The translations under genes were made by a program, and so were the position numbers. Source: Mobula hypostoma (taxonomy: Eukaryota). From it: a DNA stretch of 64,000 nt. Shown one piece after another: positions 36,264-49,154 of this stretch. The notes under the pieces are model-generated. The model saw nothing but the letters and a program-made list of their open reading frames with translations. It ran no database searches and was not told where the DNA came from. The stretch covers positions 41,790,001 to 41,854,000 of the forward strand of contig NC_086097.1 in the NCBI RefSeq assembly GCF_963921235.1, written 5' to 3'. Within the stretch, counting starts at the first letter, position 1. Each line of letters starts with the position of its first letter.

Positions 36264-39076
36264 AGTAATGGATTAAAAGTATTCTATATGAATGCACGAA
36301 GTATAAGAAATAAAGTGGATGAGCTTGAGGCTCAGTTGGAAATTGGCAAGTATGATGTTGTAGGAATAACAGAGACATGGCTGCAAAAGGACCAGGGCTG
36401 GGAAATGAATATTCAAGGATATATACGCCCTATCGGAAGGACAGACAGGTGGGCAGAGGGGGTGGGGTGGCTCTGTTGGTGAGCAATGAAATTCAGTCCC
36501 TTGCAAGGGGTGACATAGGATCAGGAGATGTAGAGTCAGTATGGATAGAACTGAGAAATTGTAAGGGCAAAAAGACCCTAATGGGAGTTATCTACAGGAC
36601 CCCAAACAATAGCCTGCATATAGGGTGCAAGTTGAATCAAGAGTTAAAATTGGCATGTCGCAAAGGTAATGCTACAGTTGTTACGGGTGATTTGAACATG
36701 CAGGTAGACTGGGAAAATCAGGTTGGTACTGGACCCCAAGACAGGGAGTTTGTGGAGTGCCTCCAAAATAGATTCTTAGAACAGCTTGTACTGGAACCTA
36801 CCAGGGAGAAGGCAATTCTGGATCTAGTGTTGTGTAATGAACCGGATTTGATAAGGGAACTCGAGGTAAAGGACCCATCAGGAGGTAGTGACCATAATAT
36901 AAGTTTTAAACTACAATTTGAGAGGGAGAAAGGAAAATCGAAAGTGTCAGTATTACAGTTGAACAAAGAGGACAATGGAGCCATGAGGGAGAAGCTGGCC
37001 AAAGCTGACTGGAAAGGTACCCTAGCAGGGATGACAGTGGAACAACAATGGCAGGTATTTCTGTGAATAATACAGAAGGTACAGGATCAGTTCATTCCAA
37101 AGAGGAAGAAAGATTCTAAGGGGAGTAAGGGGCGACTGTTGCTGACAAGGGAAGTCAAGGACAATATAAAAATAAAAGAGAAGTATAACATAGCAAAGAT
37201 GAGCTGGAAGCCAGAGGATTGGGAAACTTTAAAAGAGCAACAAAAGATAACTAAAAAGGCAATATGGGGAGAAAAGATGAGGTACGAAGGTAAGCTAGCC
37301 AAGAATATAAAGGAGGATAGTAAAAGTTTCTTTAGGTATGTGAAGAGGAAAAAAATTAGTTAAGACCAAAGTTGGGCCCTTGAAGACAGAAACGGATGAA
37401 TTTATTATGGGGAACAAAGAAATGGCAGATGAGTTGAACAGGTACTTTGGATTTGTCTTCACCAGGGAAGACACAAACAATCTCCCAGATGTAATAGTGG
37501 CCAGAGGACATAGGGTAATGGAGGAACTGAAGGAACTTCACATTGGGCAGAAAATGGGGTTGGATAGACTGATGGGACTGAAGGCTGATAAATCCCCAGG
37601 GCTTGATAGTTTGCATCCCAGGGTACTTAAGGAGGTGGTTCTAGAAATCGTGGATGCATTGGTAATCATTTTCCAATGTTCTATAAATTCAGGATCAGTT
37701 CCTATGCATTGGAGAATACTAACGTTATCCCACTTTCTAAGAAAGGAGGGAGAGAGAAAACAGGGAATTATAAACCAGTTAACCTGACATCAGTAGTGGG
37801 GAAGATGCTGGAGTCAATTATAAAAGATGAAATAGAGGCATATTTGGATAGCAGTAACAGGATCGGTCCGAGTCAGCATGGTTTTATGAAGGGGAAATCA
37901 TGCTTGACTAATCTTCTGGAATTTTTTGAGAATGTAATGACGAAAATGGACAAGGGAGAGCCAGTGAATGTAGTGTACCTGGACTTTCAAAAAGCCTTTA
38001 ATAAGGTCCCACATATGAGATTAGTGGGCAAAATTGGAGCACATGGTATTGGGGGTAGGGTACTGACATGGATAGAAAATTGGTTGGCAAACAGCAAACA
38101 AAGAGTAGGGATTAATGGGTCCCTTTCAGAATGGCAGGCGGTGACTAGTGGGGTACCGTAAGGCTCACTGCTGGGATCACAGCTGTTTACAATATATATT
38201 AATGATTTAGATGAAGGGATTAAAAGTAACATTAGCAAATTTGCCGATGACACAAAGTTGGGTGGCAGTGTGAAACGTAAGGAGGATGTTATGAGAATGC
38301 AGGCTGACTTGGACAGGTTGGGTGAGTGGGCAGATGCATGGCAGATGCAGTTTAATGTGGATAAATGTGAGGTTACTCACTTTGGTGGCAAGAACAGGAA
38401 GGCAGATTACTATCTGAATGGTGTCAAGTTAGGAAAAGGGGAAGTACAACGAGATCTAGGTGTCCTTGTTCATCAGTCACTGAAAGTAAGCATGCAAGTA
38501 CAGCAGGCAGTAAAGAAAGCTAATGGTATGTTGGCTTTCATAACAAGGGGAGTTGAGTATAGGAGCAAAGAGGTCCTTCTGCAGTTGTACAGGGCCCTGA
38601 TGAGACCACACCTGGAGTATTGTGTGCAGATTTGGTCACCAAATTTGAGGAAGGACATTCTTGCTATTGAGGGAGTGCAGTGTAGATTCAGGAGGTTAAT
38701 TCCCGGGATGGCAGGACTGTCATATGTTGAAAGATTGGAGCAACTGGGCTTGTATACACTGGAACTTAGAAGGACGAGAGGGGATCTGATTGAAACATAT
38801 AAGATTAAGGGATTGGACACGCTAGAGGCAGGAAACATGTTCCCAATGTTGGGGGAGTCCAGAACCAGAGGCCACAGTTTAAGAATAAGGGGTAGGCCAT
38901 TTAGAACGGAGTTGAGGAAAAACTTTTTCAACCAGAGAGTTGTGGACCTGTGGAATGCTCTGCCTCAGAAGGCAGTGGAGGCCAATTCTCTGGATGCTTT
39001 CAAGAAAGAGTTAGATAGAGCTCTCAAAGATAGTGGAGTCAAGGGATAGGGGGAGAAGGCAGGAACGGGGTACTGA
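36264..39076 (+). pseudogene. CR1 ORF2 (APE endonuclease plus RT), disrupted
   Basis: YMNARS, ITETW, GDLN, GSDH, QHGF, YLDFQKAF, SGVP, KFADDTK, RPHLEYC. Multiple stops and frameshifts. Confidence 0.92.
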
Positions 39077-39169
39077 TTGTTGATGATCAACCATGATCAC
39101 AGAGGATGGCAGTGCTGGCTCGAAGGGCCGAATGGCCTACTCCTGCACCTATTGTCTATTGTCTATCCA

Positions 39170-39735
39170 TGTAAGTATCTTTCGTGTAATACCATGGGCT
39201 CTTAACTTGATAAGCACTCTCATGTGCAACACCTTGTCAAAGGCCTTCTGAAACTACTAATAAACAACATCTACTGACTTTCAATTTTCTATCCTGCCTG
39301 CTATTTCCTCAAAGAATTCCAACAAATTTTTTGGCTAGATTTCCCCTGAAGGAAACCATGCTGACTTTGGCCTATTTTATCATATGCCTTCAATTAATTC
39401 CTAAATCACTGCCTCCTAAAATTTCCTTTACTTAAGCTCCCTAATCAAATTGGAGTCATTACATTGCACCCAATCCAGAACTACTATTCGTCTAGTGGGC
39501 TCAACCACAAGCTGCTCTGAAAAGCTGTCTCGTATGCATTCTACAAATTCCCTCTCTTTACATCGAGCACCAACAAGACGTGTCCAATCTACCTGCATGT
39601 TGAAATCACCCATGACTATTGCAACAGTTTCCAATTTAGCTGTTAGAGTCAATTGTTAAGGACGAAGTGATGGAGTACTTGATGACACAGGACAAGATAG
39701 GATAAAGTCAGCATGGTTTCCTTAAGGGAAAATCA
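39170..39735. mobile_element. CR1 fragments, mostly minus strand
   Basis: ORF 39428-39652 'IVMGDFN...EQLVVEPTR' and an RT QHGF region. Confidence 0.7.
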
Positions 39736-39954
39736 TTCATCTACTTCCCCATATTGCATATATTTAAATATAACAATTTCAGTCCTGTATTTATTACCTC
39801 TTTAAATTTTGGTCCCCTGTTACACTGGGTTGGAGCTTGTGGTTGTAGATCCACATTTCAGATGTGTCCCTCACTCTATATGGATCTGGTAGGAATGTGA
39901 AGTTCACATATTCCACTTGGTTGGCACTAGAGTAGGAAAGGATTCTCAATATTC

Positions 39955-42656
39955 CTGGATTTCAGTGCTTAAAAGGGATAGAGAAGACGGAAAAAGGGGA
40001 GGAGGGGTGGCATTACTGGTCAGGGATATTATTACAGCTACAGAAAGGGTGGGTAACGTAGCAGGATCCTCTTTTGAGTCAGTATGGGTGGAAGTCAGGA
40101 ACAAGAAGGGAACAGTTACTCTATTGGGAGTATTCTATAGGCCCCCTGGTAGCAACAGAGATACCGAGGAGCAGATTGGAAGACAGATTATGGAAAGGTG
40201 CAAAAATAACAGGGTTGTTATCATGGGTGACTTTAACTTCCCTAATATTGATTGACACCTGATTCGTTTCAATGGTTTAGATGGGGCAGAGTTTGTTAAG
40301 TGTGTCCAGGACGGATTCTTGTCACAGTATGTTAACAGGCCGACTAGGGGGAAATGCCATACTAGGTCTAGTATGAGGTAACGAACCGGGTCAGGTCACA
40401 GATCTCTCAGTGGGTGAGCATCTGGGGGACAGTGACCACCACTCCCTGGCCTTTACCATTATCGTGGAAAAGGATAGAATCAGAGAGGACAGGAAAATTT
40501 TTAATTGGGGAAGGGCAAATTATGAGGCTATATGGCTAGAACTTGCAAGTGTGAATTGAGATGATGTTTCTGCATGGAAATGTACTATGGACATGTGGTC
40601 AATGTTTAGGGATCTCTTACAGGATAAATTTGTCCTGATAAGGAAGATAAAGAATGGTAAAGTGAAGGAACCATGGGTGACAAGTGAGGTGGAGAATCTA
40701 GTCAGGTGGAAGAAGGCAGCATACATGAGGTTTAGGAAACAAGGATCAGATGGGTCTATTGAGGAATAGAGGGTAGCAAGAAAGGAGCTTAAGAAGGGGC
40801 TGAGAAGAGCAAGAAGGGGGCATGAGAGGGCCTTGGCGAGTAAGGTGAAGGAAAATCCCAAGGCAATCTTCAATTATGTGAAGAACAAAAGGATGACGGG
40901 AGTGGAGATAGGACCGATTAGAGATAAAGATGGGAAGATGTGCCTGGAGGCTGTGGAAGTGAGCGAGGTCCTCAATGAATACTTCTCTTCGGTATTCACC
41001 AATGAGAGGGAACTTGATGATGGGCAGGACAATATGAGTGAGGTTGATGTTCTGGAGCATGTTGATATTAAGGGAGAGGAGGTTTTGGAGTTGTTAAAAT
41101 ACGTTAGGACGGCTAAGTCCCCGGGGCCTGACGGAATATTCCCCAGGCTGCTCCACGAGGCTAGGGAAGAGATTGCTGAGCATCTGGCTAGGATCTTTAT
41201 GTCCTTGTTGTCCACGGGAATGGTACCGGAGGATTGGATGTAGGCGAATGTTGCCCCTTGTTCAAAAAAGGTAGTTGGGATAGTTCGGGTAATTATAGAC
41301 CAGTGAGCCTTACGTCTGTGGTGGGAAAGTTGTTGGAAAAGATTCTTGGAGATAGAATCTACGGGCATTTAGAGAATCATGGTCTGATCAGGGACTGTCA
41401 GCATGGCTTTGTGAAGGGCAGATCGTGTCTAACAAGCCTGATAGAGTTCTTTGATGAGGTGACCAGGCATATAGATGAGGGTAGTGCAGTTGATGTGATC
41501 TACATGGATTTTAGTAAGGCATTTGACAAGGTTCCACATGGTAGGCTTATTCAGAAAGTCAGAAGGCATGGGATCCAGGGAAGTTTGGCCAAGTTGATTC
41601 AGAATTAGCTTGCCTGCAGAAATCAGTGGGTCATGCTGGAGGGAGTACATTCGGATTGAAGGGTTGTGACTAGTGGTGTCCCACAAGGATCGGTTCTGGG
41701 ACCTCTACTTTTTGTGATTTTTATTGATGACCTGGATGTGGGGGTAGAAGGGTGAGTGGCAAGTTTGCAGATGACACAAAGGTTAGTGGTGTTGTGGATA
41801 GTGTGGAGGATTGTCGAAGATTGCAGAGAGACATTGATAGGATGCAGAAGTGGGCTAAGAAGTGGCAGATGGAGTTCAACCCGGGGAAGTGTGAGGTGGT
41901 ACACTTTGGAAGGACAAACTCCAAGGCAGAGTACGAAGTAAATGGCAGGATGCTTGGTAGTGTGGAGGAGCAGAGGGATCTGGGGGTACATGTCCACAGA
42001 TCCCTGAAAGTTGCCTCACAGGTAGATAGGGCTGTTAAGAAAGTTTATGGAGTGTTAGCTTTCATAAGTCGAGGGATAGAGTTTAAGAGTGGTGTGGTAA
42101 TGATGCAGCTCTATAAAACTCTGGTTAGGCCACACTTGGAGTACTGTGTCCATTTCTGGTCACCTCACTATAGAAAGGATATGGAAGCATTGGAAAGGAT
42201 ACAGAGGAGATTTACCAGGATGCTGCCTGGTTTAGAGAGTATGCATTATGATCAGAGATTAAGGGAGCTAGGGCTTTACTCTCTGGAGAGAAGGAGGATG
42301 AGATGAGACATGATAGAGGTATACAAGCTACTAAGAGGAATAGATAGAGTGGACAGCCAGCACCTCTTCCCCAGGGCACCACTGCTCAATACAAGAGGAC
42401 ATGGCTTTAACGTAAGGGTTGGGAAGTTCAAGGGGGATATTAGAGGAAGGTTTTTTTACTCAGAGAGTGGTTGGTGTGTGGATTGCACTGCCTGAGTCAG
42501 TGGTGGAGGCAGATACACTAGTGAAGTTTAAAGGATTACTCAACAGGTATATGGAGGAATTTAAGGTGGGGGGTTATATGGGAGGCAGGGTTTAACGGTC
42601 AGCACAACATTATGGGCGGAAGGGCCTGTACTGTGCTGTACTGTTCTATGTTCTAT
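39955..42656 (+). mobile_element. 5'-truncated CR1 LINE (second subfamily), ORF2 disrupted
   Basis: GGGVALL, MGDFN, QHGF, YMDFSKAFD, KFADDTK and RPHLEYC across ORFs 39917-42495. Tail (TGTTCTA)n. Confidence 0.92.
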
Positions 42657-44403
42657 ATCCTTGCATGGGCCATGTGCCAGAATCACGATCTTGGATTCGC
42701 ACTTGATCTCCATGCTTCAGGACTGGTAGGTTTTTCACAGTCTTTTCACTGTTTCTGTTTTTCTTTCCCTTTCTCTTTAGCCAATTTGACCTTGTGTGCT
42801 CCTTTATATGTCTACAGGTTTTTGTGCACTGGAAGGGTAGTGCTTATGCATCGATCCATCAGAATTTAGTGCACTTCTGTAAATCAACAGAATTTTGTGG
42901 AAGTCCTCTCATCCATGTTACCCTTTCTTCATGAGACCCTTCACCCTCTTGACCAAACTCTCCGTGAGGCTATTAGATTTTGGGTGATGTGGCTTGAAGT
43001 TATGCGTTGAAACACCCAATCATTGGCAAATGACTCAAATTGTGGACCGTTGTCTAATACTACTTCACATGAAGCCCCATGCCTCACAAACACAACTTTC
43101 TGGAAGGTGATGACTGCTTTGCTGCATGTTGATTGCAGAGTTGCAACCTCAGGGTAATTGCAAAAGTAGTTGTTACAACAGTATGACTTTTCCCATTACA
43201 ATCAAACAAATCCACTCCAACTTTGAAGTACGGCCTATCTGGTACAAGTTGTGGTGTAAGGGTTTCTGCTTACTGCTTTGGTCTGTAGGCAAGACGGATC
43301 TCACATGAAACAGTGGTCTGGCTGATGTCCTGGTTCATTCTTGGCCAGTACATCTCTTCACGAGCTCTTCATTTACATTTTTTCTTCGCCAAGATGCCCT
43401 TCATGTGGCTTCTGGAGAATTTCCTTACACAGCAACAGTAGAATCACAAACCAGTTCCCTTTGAAGACCATATCTTCCACTACTGACAGTACAGCTCTGC
43501 ATGCCCAATAGTTCCAAATGCAGCAGGGACAGTCATTCTTAGTTGTTGGCCATCCTTTCTCTACTGTCTGTTCAAGTACTTTCATTGTTTCATCTGTCCC
43601 TGCTGCTGTCCTAATCTTCTCTGTCCTATCGGGAGATACTGGAATGGAGGTGACAATCATGTCAACATAGGCCCATATATCCGCATTAATCTCTTGGTAA
43701 TTTTTTTTTCTCCTCTTGTTGACTGCTCAAGACAATGTATCAGCAGAAATTGTATATTTTCCCAGTACCTAGATCATTTTCACGTAGATTACTTTCACGT
43801 CATATTTTTGCAGTCTTATCAACATGCCCTGTATCCTCATTCAAAGATTTGTACATAATTGAGACCAGTGGTTTATAGTCTGTCTCCACTTCAAAAGCTT
43901 GTCCATAGATGTGCGGATTGAACCTTTCACATGCAAATGTGCTGGAGAGAAGCTCTTTTGCTATCTGTGCATAGTTGGCTTCCGCACTTGTTAAAGCCCT
44001 TGATGCGTAGACCACAGGTTACCATGTTATCATGCTGCTTCAGTAGTACTGCTCCAGGACCTATCAGCCAAGATCCTCGTACAGCCTTCCGGATCATAAA
44101 ACTTCAGCATGGGCACTTCAGTTAGCATTCTTTTCACCCTCTGGAAACACTCTTCTAGCTCGTGAGACCAAATCCACTCATTTTTCTGCTTAAGGAGTGA
44201 CCTACAGCAGTTAGTGCTGACAGTCAAGGGATGAACTTAGCCAGGTAAGCCACCATCCTCAAGAAATATCTCACCTCTTCCTTGTTTTGGGGCCTCTCCA
44301 TGTTTTCAATGGCTGGCATATTTCTTCGGTCAGGCTTCACTCCCTTTTCCAATATAATAAAAGTCAGTGTCTTAACACCAAACTCACATGTCTCTTTATT
44401 TAA

Positions 44404-45064
44404 GAGAAGACACAGTGCGCAGCAGCCACTCCAGTGAATGATATCTGTTATCTGTCAAGTAGGGTGCCGTGCACAATCCTGATTTGATGGAGACAGACAT
44501 GAGATCAGACATGGAGGAACATCTGGAGAAACTTCGGAAATGCCTTCTTCGCTGCTGCTGCTACTGTGTGATCCAGAATCTCCAGAGGAGAAGGCCCCGA
44601 GTCCTCGGCTTTGCTTGTTGCTAGGTGGCCGGGGTGGGGTTGAAGTGTTCGGCAGAGGATGGTGCTCGGGAGGCTGTATCGGAGGGGCTGGTCAGAGACT
44701 CGAATTTTTTGGGTGGACTCTGAGTCGGCTGTGGTCGGGTGCTTCCAATGCATCGGCAGTTGTCGGCACCTGGAGGTTTATGGCAGGGAGAGTTTCTCCC
44801 TTTTGCCGCCTGCTATTGGGACTATCAGGAGTCGATAAGAACTTTGAGACTTTTTTTTACCTTGCCCATGGTCTGCTCTTTATCAAATTATTGCTTTCTA
44901 CTGCTGTAATTATATGTTATAATTATGTGGTCTTGTCAGTGTTAGTCTTTGGTTTGTCCTGTTTTTTTTGTGATATCACTCTGGAGGAACATTGTATCAT
45001 TTCTTAATGCATACATTTCTAAATGACAATAAACGAGGACTGAGTGTCCTCATAATCTAATCTA
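44404..45064 (+). mobile_element. Non-LTR element 3' end with (AATCT)n tail inserted in the Gypsy RT
   Basis: Interrupts 'NLKLN|KETCEFG'. ATTTAA is repeated at 44398-44403 and 45065-45070. Ends 'aataaa...ataatctaatcta'. Confidence 0.7.
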
Positions 45065-45894
45065 ATTTAATTTCAAATTGATATTTTGAGTCATGTCAAG
45101 CACCTGTCTCAGTTGTGCATCATGTTCATCCTTGGTGGACCCCCAGGCAAAGATGTCACCCATTATGGTCTCAACACTAGGTATGGTAGATTCCTGGTGT
45201 GGACGGAATCCCATATGATAGCCGAAGAAAGCAATATCTGCCATCTGGTGTGGAGAAAAGTATACAGTCTCAAGCTTGCCTCATCAAGCTTCATCCGCCA
45301 AAACCCAAACAATGCCTCGAGCTTGCTAAACCACTCGGCACCTACATACTGGACATGATCTCCTCCCATGTAGGCAATTTAAAAATGTTCTTTTTTGATG
45401 GCTTTATCGACATCTCTTGGGTCTAGACATATCCGTAAGCTCTATTTATCTTTTGCAAAATGACCAGTGAGCTCACCTAGTCTGCTGGTTCTTCAATTTT
45501 CTGTATGGCATTCATCCATTCCATGTGTGCTAGTTCTTGTTTAAGTTTGCCTCTAAGTGGAAACAGAACTTTCCTGCATGCATAGACACCAGGAGCTACT
45601 GTCACATCTATATGGATTTTGTGTACACCAGGTAAGCATCCGCGCCCCTCAAAGACATGTGTATATTCTTCTATGAGTGAAGTGTAGTCATATTTCATCT
45701 GTGAAGCCACTACAAAAACTCTTTCCAACAAGTTGAGCTTTTCACATGCACTCAGACTTAATAGTGGCTGTACTTTCTTTTCTACAACCAGTAGTTATGC
45801 CTTTAGGTGCTGTCCCTTGTGCTTGAAGGTCACTATACAGCCCTCTTTTACTGGTACGTTCTTTCCAGTATAGCCCGTCACTTTTAATTCTTTC

Positions 45895-47870
45895 TCTTTA
45901 CGGCTCTAGACAGGCTCTAGATGATCTGAGCAATGGGATCAACGTGAATGAAACAGCACACCCTGACACATTCACCATCATTTTGGGGGATTTTAACCAG
46001 GCCAGCCTGAAAAAGTCACTAAATAGTTACCATTAACAAGTCACTTGTAATACCAGAGGAAACAACACACTGTGACACTACCATCAAGAATGTTTACTGT
46101 GCTATTCCATGCCTTCACTTTGGATTTGTCTGATCACCTGGCTGTATTTCTGCTCCCTGAGTGTAGGCAGAGACTGCACCTAGTAATGAAGCACTGCTGC
46201 CATTCATGCTATTGGGTTTCACTTTGTAGGAAGTATTATCTTGCAAACCTTCCAGAGTTGATGTGGATTCAATGTCGCCTCCAACCCTGCTCGGAATTGT
46301 TTCTCCGCACATCATACCTGGTTTTCTTGCACAGACTCGGGTCACCAGACGAAAATGCCACAGATCTAGCCATCAGCAGACGACGTACTTCCTGGTCATC
46401 AATGGCTTTTGGCTTGGGAATGCGAAGCAAGTTTTCATAGGCACACACTCATCCACACGTTTCAATGAAATCAGTAACAACTGTGACGTACTCATCCAGA
46501 CTGAATCCCTGAATACAGTCCAGACCCCCAATTCAAAGCAGTCCTGTAGGTTCTCCTGTGTTTCCTTGTCCATACCTTCTTGGACCCACTGCAATTTGCC
46601 TATCACCATAATAGGTCTACAGCAAACACAATCTTAATGGGTCTGCACATGGCCTTAGATCATCTGGACAATACAAACACCTATGTCGGAATGCTGCTTG
46701 TTGACTATAGCTCAGCATTTAACACCATCATTCCCACAGACCTGATCAATAAGCAACAGGGCTTCTGTACCCCCTTCTACAATTGGATCATCAACTTCCT
46801 AACCAGAAGACCACAATCTGCACAGAATGGTGATCATATCTCATCCTGGCTGATGACCAACACTGGTGCACCTCAGGGGTGTATGCTTAACCCCCTGCTC
46901 TATTCCCTTTATACCCATGACTGTGTGGCTAGGTATAGCTCACATGCCATCTATAAATTTGCTGATGATACAACCATTGCTGGTAGACTAAAGCAGCAAT
47001 GGAGACGAGGGGGCATACAGAGACAAGGTATACCAGCTAGTGGTGTGGTGTTGCAGCAACAATCTGGCACTCAATGTCAGTAAGACAAAAGAGCTGACTG
47101 TGGACTTCAGGAAGGGCAAGATGAGGGAACTTGAACCAATTCTCGTAGAGGGATCAGAAGTGGAGAGAGTGAGCAGTTTCAGGTTCCTGGGTATCAAGAT
47201 CTCTGAGGATCTAACCTGGTCCCAACATACCGATGCAGCTATAAGGAAGGCAAGACAGTGGCTATATTTCATTAGGAGTTTGAAGAGATTTGGTTTGTCA
47301 ACAAAAACACTTGAAAACCTCGAGATGTATTGTGGAGAGCATTCTGACAGGCTGCATCACTGTCTGGTTTGAGGTGGGGCAACGCTACGGCACAGGACCG
47401 AAAGAAGCTACAGAAAGTTGTAGAATTAGTCAGCTCCATCTTGGGTACTAGCCTCTGTAGTATCCAAAACATCTTCAACGAGCAGTGCATCACAAAGTCA
47501 ATGCCCATTATTAAGGACTCCCATCACCCAGCACATGCCCTCTTCTCATTGTTTCCATCAGGAAGGAGGTACAGAAGCCTAAAGGCACACACTCATCGAT
47601 TCAGAAACAGCTTCTTCCCCTCTGTCATACAATGACTAAAAGGACATTAACCCATGAACACCACCTCACTTCATTTTCTTAATATATTACTTCTGTTTTT
47701 GCACTATTTTAATATAATCAATATACATATATAGACTTACTGTAATTAATTTACTTGGTTATTTATTTATTTTCTTTCTACATTATCATGTATTACACTG
47801 TACAGCTACCGTTAAGTTAACAAATATCAAGTTAACAAATATGCCAGTGATAATAAACCTGATTCTGATA
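45895..47870 (+). mobile_element. Rex1/Babar-like LINE (endonuclease part plus RT) with internal inversion
   Basis: ILGDFNQ near 45980; 'DPLQFAY', 'DYSSAFN', 'GAPQGC', 'KFADD'; tail 'aataaacctgattctga'. The segment 46180-46579 is on the opposite strand. Confidence 0.88.
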
Positions 47871-48941
47871 CCTTGAGAGTCTTGTAAAAATCTATGGATA
47901 ACAGATTTACCTGGGTTCCAGTGTCAATCTTGAATGGAATTACTGTCTCATTCACAGTCACTGGAACAATCCACTCCGTTTTACCAACACCAGCAGTCTA
48001 TGAAGATTCTGCAAAGACTTCCTCCATTTCCTCAGCAACCTGTGTGCACTTTCACTTAGCCTGCCCCAGCTTTGCAGCACTTTGCAAAATGATTCTTCCT
48101 CCCACAGTTATTGAAGAACTTTCCATAAGCAGGACACTTCTTTGGGATGTGCCTACTTCCACATTTGCTTCATTTACTGTTTGAGGCTATCCCCGATCTG
48201 CTGTTGCCTTGGGAAATGCCTTGTGCTCTACCCCTCTGTTTTCACAGTGGGCACTGTTGTTTCTGCTTTGTGCAGCTCCTTAGTTTGAGATTGTGTGGTC
48301 TCCACTGCCCTACTCATATCTACAGCCTTTTCTACATTAAACTTTTTTTTTCATGGAACAGCTTTTTTTGAGCCCATTATCTGGGATTCCACTAACTATT
48401 TTGTCTCTGACTAGTGAGTCTTTCAAATCTCCAAACTCACAGGGCATACTCAGTGTGTGAAGCTCAGCTAAGTAACAGAAACACCTTGTTTCTGTTCATA
48501 GGAAAATAATTTATATCTTCCAAATGTGATGCATACCTCAGACAAAATACTCCTCATATTTTTCCTTTGGAGTGTCCAATGTCAAGGCTGTCTCATCAAT
48601 TTGAAGGCTGCTATAGATGTCCATAGCATCTTCACCAATTACATGTAGAAAAATAGACATTTTCAGTTTTTCCTCAGCCCCTCTGGCTCTACTGGCCACT
48701 AAATATATATTGAATCGCTATTTGAAGCTTTTCCAGTTATCTGATAGAGTGCTAGTAAACTGCATGAGTACGGGTGGACTTAGGTTATCCATAGCAGAAT
48801 TTTTCGTGCTTCTCTCACCTAAATCTCGTGGTGAACTATGAGACAGCGTGCTCTCTTGCTGGCTGGTCTCTGTCAGAGCCAGCATCTCTTTTTTAGTTGC
48901 TCACGGTATTCATTTACGCTTTGTATTTAGAACTCACACTG

Positions 48942-48954
48942 ACTTCTGACACAA
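48942..48954 (-). promoter_or_regulatory. Primer binding site (tRNA-Leu-like) of the Gypsy element
   Basis: The minus strand reads TTGTGTCAGAAGT, one mismatch from TGGTGTCAGAAGT. It sits just inside a putative LTR (about 48957-49153) and upstream of gag. Confidence 0.65.
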
Positions 48955-49154
48955 TATGTTTGCTCTTGGTAAAAGACAAAAGTTTGTCTTTTGCATGAGA
49001 TTAAATGCTAATACATTTATTAACAGTCATGGCTTCCAGATCAGCACTTTTCGCGCACTCCCATTTCACCAACGTCTTCCCAGTTCCAGCTGAAACGCCT
49101 GCATTTCACATTAGGAACGGAAGTTCTTTATTATGTACACACATAATAACACAC

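Larger units (their letters stand above)
34985..39165 (+). mobile_element. Near full-length CR1 LINE (inactivated)
   Basis: ORF1, ORF2 (APE plus RT), 3'UTR and a (TATTGTC)n tail, in order. Confidence 0.92.
42660..49153 (-). mobile_element. Degraded Ty3/Gypsy (Mag-like) LTR retrotransposon with nested LINEs
   Basis: Minus-strand order: gag (ATG at 48792), protease FKIDTG (about 47915), RT (45100-45730), RNase H 'YASRALTSAE.NYAQI.KE', integrase 'HEGHLG' and 'DNGPQF'. It may extend to about 39740. Confidence 0.88.

Noticed and set aside
38473..38931. Long antisense ORFs over CR1 RT (also 19473-20051 and 40874-41368)
   Set aside because: Shadow ORFs opposite retroelement coding sequence, with no independent evidence.
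44540..45007. 155-aa ORF inside the (AATCT)n element
   Set aside because: No motif, and its composition fits an untranslated GC-rich repeat.
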